DNA of 64,000 bases from Minisyncoccota bacterium (GCA_022843285.1 JALHNY010000001.1:15128-79127), one strand, 5' to 3'; positions 44,179 to 54,057 are shown, numbered from the stretch's first letter. The notes: generated by a model from the letters alone, not told the origin. Made by a program: numbers and translations.

Positions 44179-46761
44179 GTGATTTCACTATTCAAGAACT
44201 TTTTTGACCGCCGCGCCCTGAGCGAGTACCAGAGGCGCCTCTCCGCCATCGCCGACTTTGAGCCCGAGCTCATGGAGCTCCCGGACGAGAAGCTCACCGA
44301 GTGGAGCCTCGCCCTCCAGGCGAAGATTCAGGGGGGTGAGCTGGACCTCGACGGGGCCATGCCCGAAGCCTTCGCCCTGGCCCGCGAGGCTGCGCGCCGC
44401 ACCCTCGGCCAGCGCCCCTACGACGTCCAGCTGATCGGCGGGCAGGTGCTCCACCGGGGCGCCATTGCCGAGATGGGCACCGGAGAGGGCAAGACCCTCG
44501 CCGGCGTCGCCCCCGCGTACCTCAACGCCCTCACCGGCAAGGGCGTGCACATCGTCACCGTCAACGAGTACCTGGCCCGCCGTGACGCGGTCTGGATGGG
44601 GCAGGTGTACAAGCTGCTCGGGCTGAGCGTCGCCGTGCTCGTCCCGAACGCCGCCTTCCAGTACGACGCCGACTTCAAGGGAGAGGAGGAGGTGGACGAG
44701 GAGCGCGACGCGACTGGGGCCTTCAAGGTGAAGCAGGAGTTCCTCCGCCCGGTCTCGCGTCGTGAAGCCTACGCCGCTGACGTCACCTACGGCACGAACC
44801 ACGAGTTCGGCTTCGACTACCTGCGGGACAACCTCACGTACGATCCGGCGCAGCAGGCCCAGCGCCCGCACTACTTCGCCATCATCGACGAGGCGGACAG
44901 CATCCTCATCGACGAGGCGAGGACGCCGCTCATCATCTCGGCTCCGGATCGCGAGAGCAGCGACCTGTACAAGTCCTTCGCGGTTCTCGCGCGCCGCCTC
45001 GAGGTGGAGCGCCACTACACCTTCGACGAGAAGCACCACTCCGTCACCGTGCTGCCGGAGGGCATAGAGGAGGTGGAGCGCAGCCTCGGCATCGCGAACC
45101 TGTACGCTCCCGAGAACATTCGCCTGGTCCGCTTCCTCGACGAGGCGCTCAAGGCCGAGTCCCTCTTCAGGAAGGACAAGGAGTACGTCGTCCGCGACGG
45201 CGAGATCATCATCGTGGACCAGTTCACGGGGCGCATGCTCCACGGGCGCCGCTACAACGGCGGGCTGCACCAGGCCATCGAGGCGAAGGAGGGCGTGAAC
45301 GTCCGCGAGGAGAACCGCACGTACGCGAAGGTCTCCGTGCAGAACTACTTCCGCCTGTACGAGAAAATCTCCGGCATGACCGGCACCGCCGAGACCTCAG
45401 CGGAGGAGTTCCACAAGGTGTACCAGCTGCCGGTGGTGAGCATCCCGCCGCACCGCCCGCTCCGGCGCGTTGACATGCCCGACGTCATCTACAAGGACTC
45501 TGAGGCCAAGTACCGCGCCATCGTGAAGGCGGTGCGCGAGCGCCACGAGGCGGGCCAGCCGGTCCTCATCGGCACGACCTCCATTGAGAAGAACGAGGTG
45601 CTCGCCGACTACCTCAAGCGCGCCGGCGTCCCGCACCAGGTCCTCAACGCGAAGAACAACGAGAAGGAGGGCGGCATCATCGCCCAGGCCGGGCGCCCGG
45701 GCGGCGTCACCGTCGCGACCAACATGGCCGGCCGCGGCGTCGACATCATCCTCGGCGGCAACCCGCCGGCCAAGGAGGACGCGGACGCCGTCCGCGCCGC
45801 GGGTGGCCTGCACGTCATCGGCACCGAGCGCCACGAGGCGCGCCGCATCGACAACCAGCTCCGCGGGCGCGCCGGCCGCCAGGGCGACCCGGGCTCCTCG
45901 CAGTTCTTCCTCAGCCTCGACGACGACCTCATGCGCATCTTCGGCGGGGACCGCCTCAAGAGCATCATGGGGACCCTCATGGCGCAGCTCCCGGAGGACG
46001 AGCCCATCCAGATGAAGATGGTCTCCCGATCCATCGCCGAGGCCCAGGCCAAGGTGGAGGGGAACTACTTCGACACCCGCAAGCACCTGCTCGAGTACGA
46101 CGACGTGCTCAACAAGCAGCGCACCGCCGTGTACAGGAAGCGCCAGCAGCTCCTCGAGGCTGTCACCCCGGAGCTCGTGGCCGCCGAGGTCTCCTCGGCA
46201 GCGCGCGAGTACCTGGACGGCGTCCTCGGCAAGAACGGCGTCGTGCCGGACGGCGGCGAGCCCCTCGAGGAGCTCCGGCAGCTGTTCGCCGAGGCGGGCA
46301 TCACCGACGCGGCGCACCCGTGGCCCGGCGACCACCCGAGCGCCGGCGACCTCGCCGAGCTCCTCGAGCACCGCGCGAAGGATGCGGCCCTGGATCCGGA
46401 CACGCGCCGCCGCCTGCTCTCCATCCTGGACCAGCTCTGGATGGCGCACCTCGAGGACCTCGAGGACCTCAACGACTCCGTGCGGCTCCGCGGCTACGCG
46501 CAGCGCGACCCGCTCATCGAGTACCGCCGCGAGGCGAGCGAGTTCTACGAGCGCCTCTGGGTCGCGTACGCCGAGTGGGTGTTCATGAACGCCGTGAAGG
46601 CGGCGCGCCCGGCAGACGGCACCCGGCCGGTCGCCACCCCGGTGATGCCGGCGCAGCCCGTAGCCGCGACGCCGCGCGACGCGCGCTTCGAGAACGTCGG
46701 GCGCAACGATCCCTGCCCGTGCGGCAGCGGGAAGAAGTTCAAGAAGTGCCACGGGAAGTAG
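44179..46761 (+). CDS. secA: Preprotein translocase ATPase SecA
   Basis: EMGTGEGKT, DEADSILIDEARTPL, C-terminal GRNDPCPCGSGKKFKKCHG. Confidence 0.98.
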   Translation: MISLFKNFFDRRALSEYQRRLSAIADFEPELMELPDEKLTEWSLALQAKIQGGELDLDGAMPEAFALAREAARRTLGQRPYDVQLIGGQVLHRGAIAEMGTGEGKTLAGVAPAYLNALTGKGVHIVTVNEYLARRDAVWMGQVYKLLGLSVAVLVPNAAFQYDADFKGEEEVDEERDATGAFKVKQEFLRPVSRREAYAADVTYGTNHEFGFDYLRDNLTYDPAQQAQRPHYFAIIDEADSILIDEARTPLIISAPDRESSDLYKSFAVLARRLEVERHYTFDEKHHSVTVLPEGIEEVERSLGIANLYAPENIRLVRFLDEALKAESLFRKDKEYVVRDGEIIIVDQFTGRMLHGRRYNGGLHQAIEAKEGVNVREENRTYAKVSVQNYFRLYEKISGMTGTAETSAEEFHKVYQLPVVSIPPHRPLRRVDMPDVIYKDSEAKYRAIVKAVRERHEAGQPVLIGTTSIEKNEVLADYLKRAGVPHQVLNAKNNEKEGGIIAQAGRPGGVTVATNMAGRGVDIILGGNPPAKEDADAVRAAGGLHVIGTERHEARRIDNQLRGRAGRQGDPGSSQFFLSLDDDLMRIFGGDRLKSIMGTLMAQLPEDEPIQMKMVSRSIAEAQAKVEGNYFDTRKHLLEYDDVLNKQRTAVYRKRQQLLEAVTPELVAAEVSSAAREYLDGVLGKNGVVPDGGEPLEELRQLFAEAGITDAAHPWPGDHPSAGDLAELLEHRAKDAALDPDTRRRLLSILDQLWMAHLEDLEDLNDSVRLRGYAQRDPLIEYRREASEFYERLWVAYAEWVFMNAVKAARPADGTRPVATPVMPAQPVAATPRDARFENVGRNDPCPCGSGKKFKKCHGK

Positions 46762-46775
46762 GGGAGAGCTCGCGC

Positions 46776-47276
46776 GTGTTCGTGGCGCTCGAGGCGCCCG
46801 CCGAGCTGGTGGCCCTCGCGGTTGAGGCGCAGCGGCAGCTCGCGGGCGTTCCCGGCGTGGAGCTGGTCGACCCCGAGAACCTGCACCTGACCATCATCCC
46901 GCCCTGGGACGAGCGCAACGTTTCCGCGGTGCTCCGCGACTTCTCCGCCATCGCCCCCGGCCCCGTGGCACTCAGGGTGACGGGCATCGGGTACGGGCCG
47001 CACGGGATGATCCCGGGGCTCGCCTGGCTCACCTGCGACGTGACGCCCGAGGTCGAGCGGCTCTGGCTGCAGACCTGGCGGGCTCTCTGGAGCCAGGACC
47101 CCACGCGCGAGACGTTCCCGCACCTGACCATCGCGTACGTCCCCGAGGGGGTGACGCTCCCCGAGCTCGCGCTCCCGCGTGAGGCGTCCGCGCCGGCTGC
47201 CCGGGTCTCGCTCTTCGAGGCCCTCGGCGCCGCTCCCTGGTACCGCGTGATCGGCGGCCGCGACCTCTCGGCCTAG
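46776..47276 (+). CDS. thpR: RNA 2',3'-cyclic phosphodiesterase (2H family); start uncertain (alternative GTG at 46746)
   Basis: FVAL N-terminus and two HLTI motifs. Confidence 0.8.
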   Translation: MFVALEAPAELVALAVEAQRQLAGVPGVELVDPENLHLTIIPPWDERNVSAVLRDFSAIAPGPVALRVTGIGYGPHGMIPGLAWLTCDVTPEVERLWLQTWRALWSQDPTRETFPHLTIAYVPEGVTLPELALPREASAPAARVSLFEALGAAPWYRVIGGRDLSA

Positions 47277-47315
47277 CTTTATGCTGGCTTAATCTTCGCC
47301 CGCTACCATTTGCAC

Positions 47316-47984
47316 ATGCGCATCCTGCTCGTCGAAGACGAACCGACCATCGCCGAGTTTCTGAAGCGGCACCTCGAGGAGAAGTGCTTCGTGGTCGACC
47401 ACGCAGCCGATGGCGAGGTCGGCTCTTTCGCCGCCCGGACGAACGAGTACGACCTGGTGCTGCTGGATAACCTCTTGCCCAAGAAGTCCGGATTGGACGT
47501 GATCGGCGAGATTCGCTCGCGGGGCAGGCACGTCCCGATTCTGGTGATCAGCGTCAGGGGAGACATCGAGGCGAAGGTGGAGCTCCTGAACGCGGGCGCC
47601 GACGACTACCTCGCGAAGCCCTTCTCCTTTGACGAGCTCCTCGCGCGCATGGGTGCGCTGCTGCGCCGCCCGAACCACGTGGCGAAGACGGTGCAGCAGG
47701 TGGGAGACCTCACGCTGAACGAGGCGACGTACGAGGTGAAGCGGCAGAAGCGGGACATCGCGCTGACGCGCAAAGAGTTCGCCCTGCTCCGCTACCTCAT
47801 GCGCAACGAGTCCATCGTGCTGAGCCGCGCGATGCTCCTCGAGCACGTCTGGGACATGGACACGGACCCGTTCTCCAACACGGTGGAGGCGCACATCGCG
47901 AGCCTGCGCAAAAAGGTGGACGCCCCGTTCTCGAGGAAACTCATCCAGACCGTGCAGGGCAGGGGCTACAAGATTACGGGCTAG
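47316..47984 (+). CDS. OmpR-family response regulator
   Basis: MRILLVEDE, GADDYLAKPF, IQTVQGRGY. Confidence 0.95.
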   Translation: MRILLVEDEPTIAEFLKRHLEEKCFVVDHAADGEVGSFAARTNEYDLVLLDNLLPKKSGLDVIGEIRSRGRHVPILVISVRGDIEAKVELLNAGADDYLAKPFSFDELLARMGALLRRPNHVAKTVQQVGDLTLNEATYEVKRQKRDIALTRKEFALLRYLMRNESIVLSRAMLLEHVWDMDTDPFSNTVEAHIASLRKKVDAPFSRKLIQTVQGRGYKITG

Positions 47985-48045
47985 TAATATCACAACACTA
48001 TTTATTTTTATGTACAGATTCCAGCCTGATTTCTATGCTTCGGAC

Positions 48046-48243
48046 GTGAAGAATACCACGCGCGCCCCAAAGGGCATGAAGCTTGCCCTCAGCGCTCCTG
48101 AGAAGAAGGAGTTCTTTAAGCTCGTCGCGAAGAAGCAGGATCGTTCAATGACTCCGGCTGAGCAGAAGCGATTCCTCGAGCTGGGTGCAAAAGATTTCTC
48201 CGCGCGCTTCCTGCAGGACATGAAGGCGCTATCTCGTGGATAG
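48046..48243 (+). CDS. Small hypothetical protein
   Basis: GTG start 6 nt after a TATGCT -10; helical basic 65-aa ORF. Confidence 0.5.
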   Translation: MKNTTRAPKGMKLALSAPEKKEFFKLVAKKQDRSMTPAEQKRFLELGAKDFSARFLQDMKALSRG

Positions 48244-48347
48244 TCGGCAGACTGAATATTTCAGTGAGGCGGCGTTCCGGCTTTGGGTGGAAATACTCGA
48301 GAGACCGGGTCACTAACCCTGGCAGCATTAGTAGCTCCTCTCGAGGA

Positions 48348-48944
48348 CTAGTGCCGGCTATCCAGCGAGTATCCCAGGGTGTCCTCGTCCGCGAACTCAA
48401 TCTCGCCGCCCCGCGGGAGGCCGCGCCCCAGCTTGGTGACTTTTCTCGCGGCGCCACCCATGGCTGCCGTCACGGCTCCAGCCAGGTGCTCGCCAGCTAC
48501 CGTGGCTGAGACCGCGAGGATGAGCTCGTCGAGCCCGCCCGCGTCCTGCGCCATCTTCGCGCGCCGCGCGAGAACCTGCTGCTGCTCTGGCGAGAGCGTC
48601 CCGCCGCGCGGCAGGGAGCCGATGACGAGGTAGCGCCCCGCGTACCGCCCCACCTTCTCCAGCGAGAGCAGGTCCGTCTCCTTTTCCACGACCATGACGG
48701 TTCGCGCGGAGCGGTTCGGGTCCGCGCAGATTTCGCAGCGGTCTCCCGAGACCTCGTGCGGGAACCCGCACTCCACGCAGCGCGAGACCCTGGACAGCTC
48801 GCCGAGTGCTCCGAGCAGTGCCTGCTGCTTCTCGCGCGGCAGCGAGCTCACGTGCAGCGCGAGGCGAATGGCCTGGCGCGGGCCAATGGAGGGGAGCTTC
48901 GCGAGGGACTCCGCGAGCGCGCGGAGCGAGGAGGGGAGGCGCAT
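48348..48944 (-). CDS. recR: Recombination mediator RecR
   Basis: LPSIGPRQA, CVEC...CEIC, GLPRGGEIEFADEDTL. Confidence 0.95.
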   Translation of the reverse strand: MRLPSSLRALAESLAKLPSIGPRQAIRLALHVSSLPREKQQALLGALGELSRVSRCVECGFPHEVSGDRCEICADPNRSARTVMVVEKETDLLSLEKVGRYAGRYLVIGSLPRGGTLSPEQQQVLARRAKMAQDAGGLDELILAVSATVAGEHLAGAVTAAMGGAARKVTKLGRGLPRGGEIEFADEDTLGYSLDSRH

Positions 48945-50353
48945 CAGAAGAAGTCCGAGGGAGCCTCGTGCGACTTGTCGAGGTCGCGGAAGCTCGCGCT
49001 CTCGGGGTTCCACATGAGCGGCACCGTCCTGGTGGGGCCGTTGCGGTGCTTGGCGATGACGATGTCCGCCTTGTTGCGCACGTCATCCGGAATCTCCTCG
49101 TCCTTCTTACCCTGGATCTTCATGTCGCGCTCCTTGCGGTATATGAACATGACCACGTCCGCGTCTTGCTCGATGGAGCCGGACTCGCGGAGGTCGTGGA
49201 GCTGCGGCGTGCGGTTCTCGCGCTGGTCCACGCCGCGGCTCAGCTGCGAGAGCGCGAGGACGGGAATCTCGAGCTCGCGCGCGATGAGCTTGAGCCCGCG
49301 GCTGATCTCCGTGACCTGCTGCACCATGTTGTCGCTCGAGCGGCGCGGGCTGATGAGCTGGAGGTAGTCCACGACGAGGAGGCCGAGGCCGTGCTGCATC
49401 TGGAGGCGGCGGGCCATGGCGCGCATCTGGAGGATCGTCGGCGCGGGGGTGTCGTCGATGTAGATGGGCGCGTTGGCGAGCTTCGCGAGACCCGCCTTGA
49501 CCATGTCGAGCTCGTACTCGTCGCGGATGTTGCCGGTGCGGAGCTGCCAGAGGGAGGCGTCGCCCGCCGCGGCGACGAGGCGGTCCACGACCTCCTCGCG
49601 GCTCATCTCGAGGGAGAAGATGCCGACCGGCGTGCCGGCGAGCGCGGCGTGTCGTGCGATGTCCAGGGCGAGCGACGTCTTACCCATGGACGGGCGGGCG
49701 CCCAGGATGACGAGGTTGGACTTCTGGAGGCCCGAGAGCGCCCTGTTCATCTCGGAGAACCCGGTGGTGACGCCGCGCAGCTCGCCCTTGTGCTCGCGGA
49801 GGTACTCGATGCGCTCGAACGCGGAGGTGAGCTCCGAGCCGATCGGGACGAAGTTCTGTGTCACCGAGTGCTGCGCGATGTTCATGATGCGGCGCTCGAT
49901 TTCCACCATGAGCTCGTCCACGTCCTCGGCGCCCTCGCCGAGCGCGTCCTCGGTGATCTGCGCGGACACGGAGAGGAGTGAGCGCAGCACCTTCTTCTGA
50001 CGCACGATCTCCGCGTAGTGCGCGACGTGGCTCGCGGTCGCGACGTAGTTGGTGAGCTCGGCCAGGTACGTGGCGCCCCCGACGCTCTCGAGCTCCTTGC
50101 GGTCCTTGAGCACGCCGCTGACCGACACGACGTCGATGGGCTGGTTGCGGTTCAGGAGCTCCTCGATGGCCGAGAAGATGGTGGCGTGCGCGGGCACGTA
50201 GAAGTCCTCGGCGTTCACCACGTCGATGACCTTGTAGATTGCCTGCGGGTCGATGAGGAGCGAGCCGATGGTGGCGCGCTCGGCGTCGACGCTGTGCGGC
50301 ACGACGCGGGCGTCACCGAGGTCGTGACGCTCTCTGGTTGGGGTTCTTGCCAT
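48944..50353 (-). CDS. dnaB: Replicative DNA helicase
   Basis: GARPSMGKT, VDYLQL, DLRESGSIEQDAD, KHRNGP. Confidence 0.98.
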   Translation of the reverse strand: MARTPTRERHDLGDARVVPHSVDAERATIGSLLIDPQAIYKVIDVVNAEDFYVPAHATIFSAIEELLNRNQPIDVVSVSGVLKDRKELESVGGATYLAELTNYVATASHVAHYAEIVRQKKVLRSLLSVSAQITEDALGEGAEDVDELMVEIERRIMNIAQHSVTQNFVPIGSELTSAFERIEYLREHKGELRGVTTGFSEMNRALSGLQKSNLVILGARPSMGKTSLALDIARHAALAGTPVGIFSLEMSREEVVDRLVAAAGDASLWQLRTGNIRDEYELDMVKAGLAKLANAPIYIDDTPAPTILQMRAMARRLQMQHGLGLLVVDYLQLISPRRSSDNMVQQVTEISRGLKLIARELEIPVLALSQLSRGVDQRENRTPQLHDLRESGSIEQDADVVMFIYRKERDMKIQGKKDEEIPDDVRNKADIVIAKHRNGPTRTVPLMWNPESASFRDLDKSHEAPSDFF

Positions 50354-51723
50354 TACGTGGTGGGGTAGATTCTCGGACCCGCGGGGGAGTCCTCTACCTC
50401 GTATCCTAGCTTCTGGATCTGGTCGCGGAAAGCGTCAGACTGGACAAACTGTTTATTGCTGCGGGCGTCCTCCCTCCGGGCCACGAGCTCCACGACCTCG
50501 GCCGGAATTTCGGGCTTCGGGGACAGGATGCCGAGCACCGCGTCCATGGCTCCCAGGGTGGCCGCGCGGCTCGCCGGCTCGAGCCTCGCCGCCTCGTGGG
50601 CGAGCGAGAGCGCGCGCGGCGACGCCAGGTCGTCCGCGAGCGCCTCCCAGAAGCGCGCCATGAGGTCCGCATCGGGGGAGCCGCCCGGCTCGCCGTCCCA
50701 GGACGCGACGAGCAGCGTGCGGCGCCCCGCGCGCGCAGCCGCGAGCGCGTCCCACGTGAAGTTGATGCGCGTGCTGTAGTGCACGGACAGCGCGAGGTAC
50801 CGGAGGTCTAGCGGGGAGAAGCCGCGCTCCACGAGGTCGCGGATGAGGAACACGTTGCCGACGGACTTCGCCATCTTCTCGCCGTCCACGAGCATGTGCT
50901 CCGCGTGCACCCACGCGCGCGAAAACGGCGCGCCGTACGCGCCCTCGCTCTGCGCGATCTCGTTGGTGTGGTGGGGGAACAGGTGGTCTATGCCGCCCGT
51001 GTGCACGTCGACGGGGTGCCCGAGGAAGTGGTGCGCGAGCGCGGAGCACTCCAGGTGCCAGCCCGGGAACCCGTATCCCCACGGGGAGGACCAGCGCTGG
51101 ATGTGGTGCTCGTACTTGCCGACCGCCTTCAGCCATATGGCGAAGTCCGCGGGGTTCCGCTTACTGGTCTCCGTCTCCACCTCCTCGCGCGCGCCCACGA
51201 CGCGCTCCCCGGCGATCTGGCCGGTCAGCGCGCCGTACCCCGGGAACGTCGAGACCTCGAAGTAGACCGCCTCCGGCGTGTCGTACGCGTGCCCCTTCCC
51301 GATGAGCAGCTCGACGAGCTCGATCTGCTGCTCCACGTAGCGGCTCGCGCGCGGCTGCTCGTCGGGCCTGGTGAGGCGCAGCGCGTCCCAGTCCTGGAGG
51401 AAGACGTCCGTGTACTTCTGGATGATGGCCTCCACGTCGACGTTCTCCCTGCGGCTCGCCGCCTCGACCTTGTCCTCGCCCTCGTCGCCGTCCCCGACGA
51501 GGTGGCCGACGTCCGTGATGTTCATGACGAAGGTCACGTCGTACCCGAGGCCGCGCATGGTGCGCACGAGCAGGTCATCGAACAGGAACTTCCTGAAGTT
51601 CCCGATGTGCTGGAAGTTGTACACCGTGGGCCCGCACGCGTACATCGCGACGGGGGAACCCCGCCGCTCGATGGCCACCCTGCCGCGAGACAGGCTATCC
51701 CGGAGGCTCAGCGTCAGATCCAT
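50353..51723 (-). CDS. cysS: Cysteine--tRNA ligase
   Basis: CGPTVY..HIGN, GWHLEC, FPHHTNE, KMAKS. Confidence 0.97.
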   Translation of the reverse strand: MDLTLSLRDSLSRGRVAIERRGSPVAMYACGPTVYNFQHIGNFRKFLFDDLLVRTMRGLGYDVTFVMNITDVGHLVGDGDEGEDKVEAASRRENVDVEAIIQKYTDVFLQDWDALRLTRPDEQPRASRYVEQQIELVELLIGKGHAYDTPEAVYFEVSTFPGYGALTGQIAGERVVGAREEVETETSKRNPADFAIWLKAVGKYEHHIQRWSSPWGYGFPGWHLECSALAHHFLGHPVDVHTGGIDHLFPHHTNEIAQSEGAYGAPFSRAWVHAEHMLVDGEKMAKSVGNVFLIRDLVERGFSPLDLRYLALSVHYSTRINFTWDALAAARAGRRTLLVASWDGEPGGSPDADLMARFWEALADDLASPRALSLAHEAARLEPASRAATLGAMDAVLGILSPKPEIPAEVVELVARREDARSNKQFVQSDAFRDQIQKLGYEVEDSPAGPRIYPTT

Positions 51724-52634
51724 TTCTTTGCTTTGAAGAGCGCGATGAGCGCGATGACGGTGGCGAGCACCATGCCGCCGAGCACCCAGAACCCCTGCGG
51801 GTGCCCCATGAACGGGATGCCCTCGAGGCGGACGGCGAAGAGCGTCGCGAAGAGCGTGAGCGGGTACGTGATGAGGCTGACCACGGTGAGGACGCGGATG
51901 ACCTGGCCGCTCCGCATGCTCATGAGCTGGTTGTTGGTCTGCTCGAAGTCCGCGACGGCGGTGCGGTAGTCATCGATCTGCTGGCTGATGCGCAGGAAGT
52001 CGCCGTGGATGTCCTCGATGTACGGCGCCGTGCCCTCGCCGAAGAAGCTCGCACCCACGCCCTGCAGCGAGGTGAGCACCTGCCCCATGGGGTTGAAGAT
52101 GATCTTGTACTCGGAGATGTCCCGCTTGAGGTACGCGATGCGCACGAGCAGGTCCTGGTTGCTGCCCGTGAAGAGGTCCGAGCCGACCGCCTCCACCTTC
52201 TCCTGGATGTGGCGCAGCTGGCGCTGGTTGTACGCGAGGACGTGCGAGAGGATGCCGTACGTGATCTCGAGCCCGGGCGGCACGGGGAGCTGGCGCTCCT
52301 TGCCGGCGAGCCCCTGGTTCGCCGCGAACTCGAGCGCGTGCAGGTGCTCGTAGTGGACGGTGATGACGACGTCGCGGCGGATGATGAAGTCTATCTCCGC
52401 GCGGCGCGACACGAAGTTCTTGGCGTCGTATATGGGGAACTGCACCGCGAGGAACAGGTACGAGCCGAAGTTCTCCACGTGGGCGCGCGGGGAGGGGGAG
52501 GTGAGTTCCTTGAGGATCACCGGGTGTAGGTCCAGCTTCTGGCTGAGCTGCTTGAGCGCCGGGTGGTCCACGGTCGCGCCCTCCTCCAGCTGGATGTCGA
52601 TCCAGGGTTGCAGGTCTTTTGAACGCGACGTCAT
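51714..52634 (-). CDS. corA: CorA-family divalent cation transporter
   Basis: DLHPVI, cytoplasmic domain followed by two C-terminal TMs and KAKKWI; canonical GMN motif is divergent. Confidence 0.85.
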   Translation of the reverse strand: MTSRSKDLQPWIDIQLEEGATVDHPALKQLSQKLDLHPVILKELTSPSPRAHVENFGSYLFLAVQFPIYDAKNFVSRRAEIDFIIRRDVVITVHYEHLHALEFAANQGLAGKERQLPVPPGLEITYGILSHVLAYNQRQLRHIQEKVEAVGSDLFTGSNQDLLVRIAYLKRDISEYKIIFNPMGQVLTSLQGVGASFFGEGTAPYIEDIHGDFLRISQQIDDYRTAVADFEQTNNQLMSMRSGQVIRVLTVVSLITYPLTLFATLFAVRLEGIPFMGHPQGFWVLGGMVLATVIALIALFKAKKWI

Positions 52635-52691
52635 GGGAGCAATTGTACCAAAAATTTCTGCCACTCTGTTCGCGCTACTCACAAATTGTGG

Positions 52692-52720
52692 TTGTCAATT
52701 TGTGTACACCCTGGTATAAT
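52692..52720 (+). promoter_or_regulatory. Near-consensus sigma70 promoter with no sense ORF (antisense to 52820-53284)
   Basis: TTGTCA-17-TATAAT with extended TG. Confidence 0.75.
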
Positions 52721-52733
52721 AGTTCCACAGGTA

Positions 52734-52869
52734 AGAATCCTAGACTCCTGTGGACCTGAAATGCAGAAAGGCTCTACTGCGGGATCCCAGTAGGCCAGCG
52801 CGAGCTGGAATCCAACGGATTACGATGAGGGAATGTCGCCCCTCCAGGTCCACAGAAGTCTGTGATTCT
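52734..52869 (-). ncRNA. Structured cloverleaf-like RNA overlapping the 3' end of the nuclease-like gene
   Basis: 27-nt imperfect inverted repeat enclosing four short hairpins. Confidence 0.6.
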
Positions 52870-53284
52870 CTAGATACCCTGTTTTTCTGACACGGAATGC
52901 GGTGACAACAGAAAAGTAAATTTCGCCTGAGGTCGTCGCTTGCTTTTCGAGAATGACCACATACTGGGCTCCCTGAATTTGCTTAACAAAAATGAAGTCA
53001 CCTCTTTTGCCGTCTTTATTTTCGTAAATTGCGTTTGGCAATCTCACAATGAGGTGCGCACATTTCAAGATCACCTCAAATTCCTGCGCGGTTCGCTTGT
53101 CATACAGATGCTTGATTACTCGTGAGCTGAGGTAAACCTTCGCCGCTCCATCTGCAGTTTTTAGAACCGCGCCTACCTTTTTAGTGAGGCGCGCAATGAG
53201 CTGTTCTGTTACCGCAACCAGGGCGCCGGGGAGAGTACCCTTGACGTTACGAATAAAAAGGTTTTCAGCTGCTTTTTTGAACAT
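52820..53284 (-). CDS. Putative BECR/PBECR-like ribonuclease
   Basis: IKHLYDKR, PNAIYEN, FIFVK, VVTAFR pattern typical of RelE/colicin E5-like folds; low GC. Confidence 0.65.
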   Translation of the reverse strand: MFKKAAENLFIRNVKGTLPGALVAVTEQLIARLTKKVGAVLKTADGAAKVYLSSRVIKHLYDKRTAQEFEVILKCAHLIVRLPNAIYENKDGKRGDFIFVKQIQGAQYVVILEKQATTSGEIYFSVVTAFRVRKTGYLENHRLLWTWRGDIPSS

Positions 53285-53318
53285 TGACAGTGTGTCATTC
53301 TAGGCGTCGGACCACGCA

Positions 53319-53345
53319 TTAGCAATCTTGACCCAAGACTGCTAA
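53319..53345. promoter_or_regulatory. CIRCE element (HrcA operator)
   Basis: TTAGCAATC-N9-GACTGCTAA versus consensus TTAGCACTC-N9-GAGTGCTAA. Confidence 0.92.
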
Positions 53346-53366
53346 CGGCGATAAAATGCCCGGGCA

Positions 53367-54053
53367 ATGCGAGATCGTTCAGCTGAGATTCTCGAGGCGA
53401 CCGTCCGGGAGTTCATCTCCTCGGGCGTTCCGGTCAGCTCGTCGCACCTGTACGAGCGCTACGACTTCGGAATCAAGCCGGCGACCATCCGCATTGAGCT
53501 GACGGACCTCACGGACCAGGGCTTCCTCGAACAGCCGCACCACGCGGCGGGCCGGGTGCCCAGCGACACCGGCTACGAGTTCTACGCGGCGCGCGCCCTC
53601 TCGGGGGCGCACCCGGCGAAGGCCGGCCACGGCATCACCGCAGCCATCCGCGAGAGCGCGTGGGACCACCTCGCCGACCTCATGGCCGAGCAGATGGGCG
53701 CGGTGGGCATCGTCGCGGACCTCACGGATGGGTACGCGTTCACGCGCGGCCTCCCGCAGCTGGTCGAGCGCCTGGACTGGGAGAGCCGCGACGAGCTCGC
53801 CGGCATCCTGCGCGACATCGAGGCCATCGACGAGCGCATCGGATCGTTCCGCTCCCGCCTCGGCGTGGACCCGCGCCTGTTCATCGGCAAGTCCAGCCCG
53901 TTCGGGCGCACGAGCGCCCTCGCCGCGGTTGCCGCGCAGTACTCGCTGCGCGGGCACCCGATAGCGATCATCGCGGTCGGGCCCAAGCGCATGGACTACG
54001 ACCGCGCCGCGCAGCTGTTCGCCACCGTCGACCACCTCATCAACAAAGACTGA
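53367..54053 (+). CDS. hrcA: Heat-inducible transcription repressor (short form)
   Basis: PATIR, QPHHAAGRVPSD, GPKRMDY. Confidence 0.92.
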   Translation: MRDRSAEILEATVREFISSGVPVSSSHLYERYDFGIKPATIRIELTDLTDQGFLEQPHHAAGRVPSDTGYEFYAARALSGAHPAKAGHGITAAIRESAWDHLADLMAEQMGAVGIVADLTDGYAFTRGLPQLVERLDWESRDELAGILRDIEAIDERIGSFRSRLGVDPRLFIGKSSPFGRTSALAAVAAQYSLRGHPIAIIAVGPKRMDYDRAAQLFATVDHLINKD

Positions 54054-54057
54054 AGCC

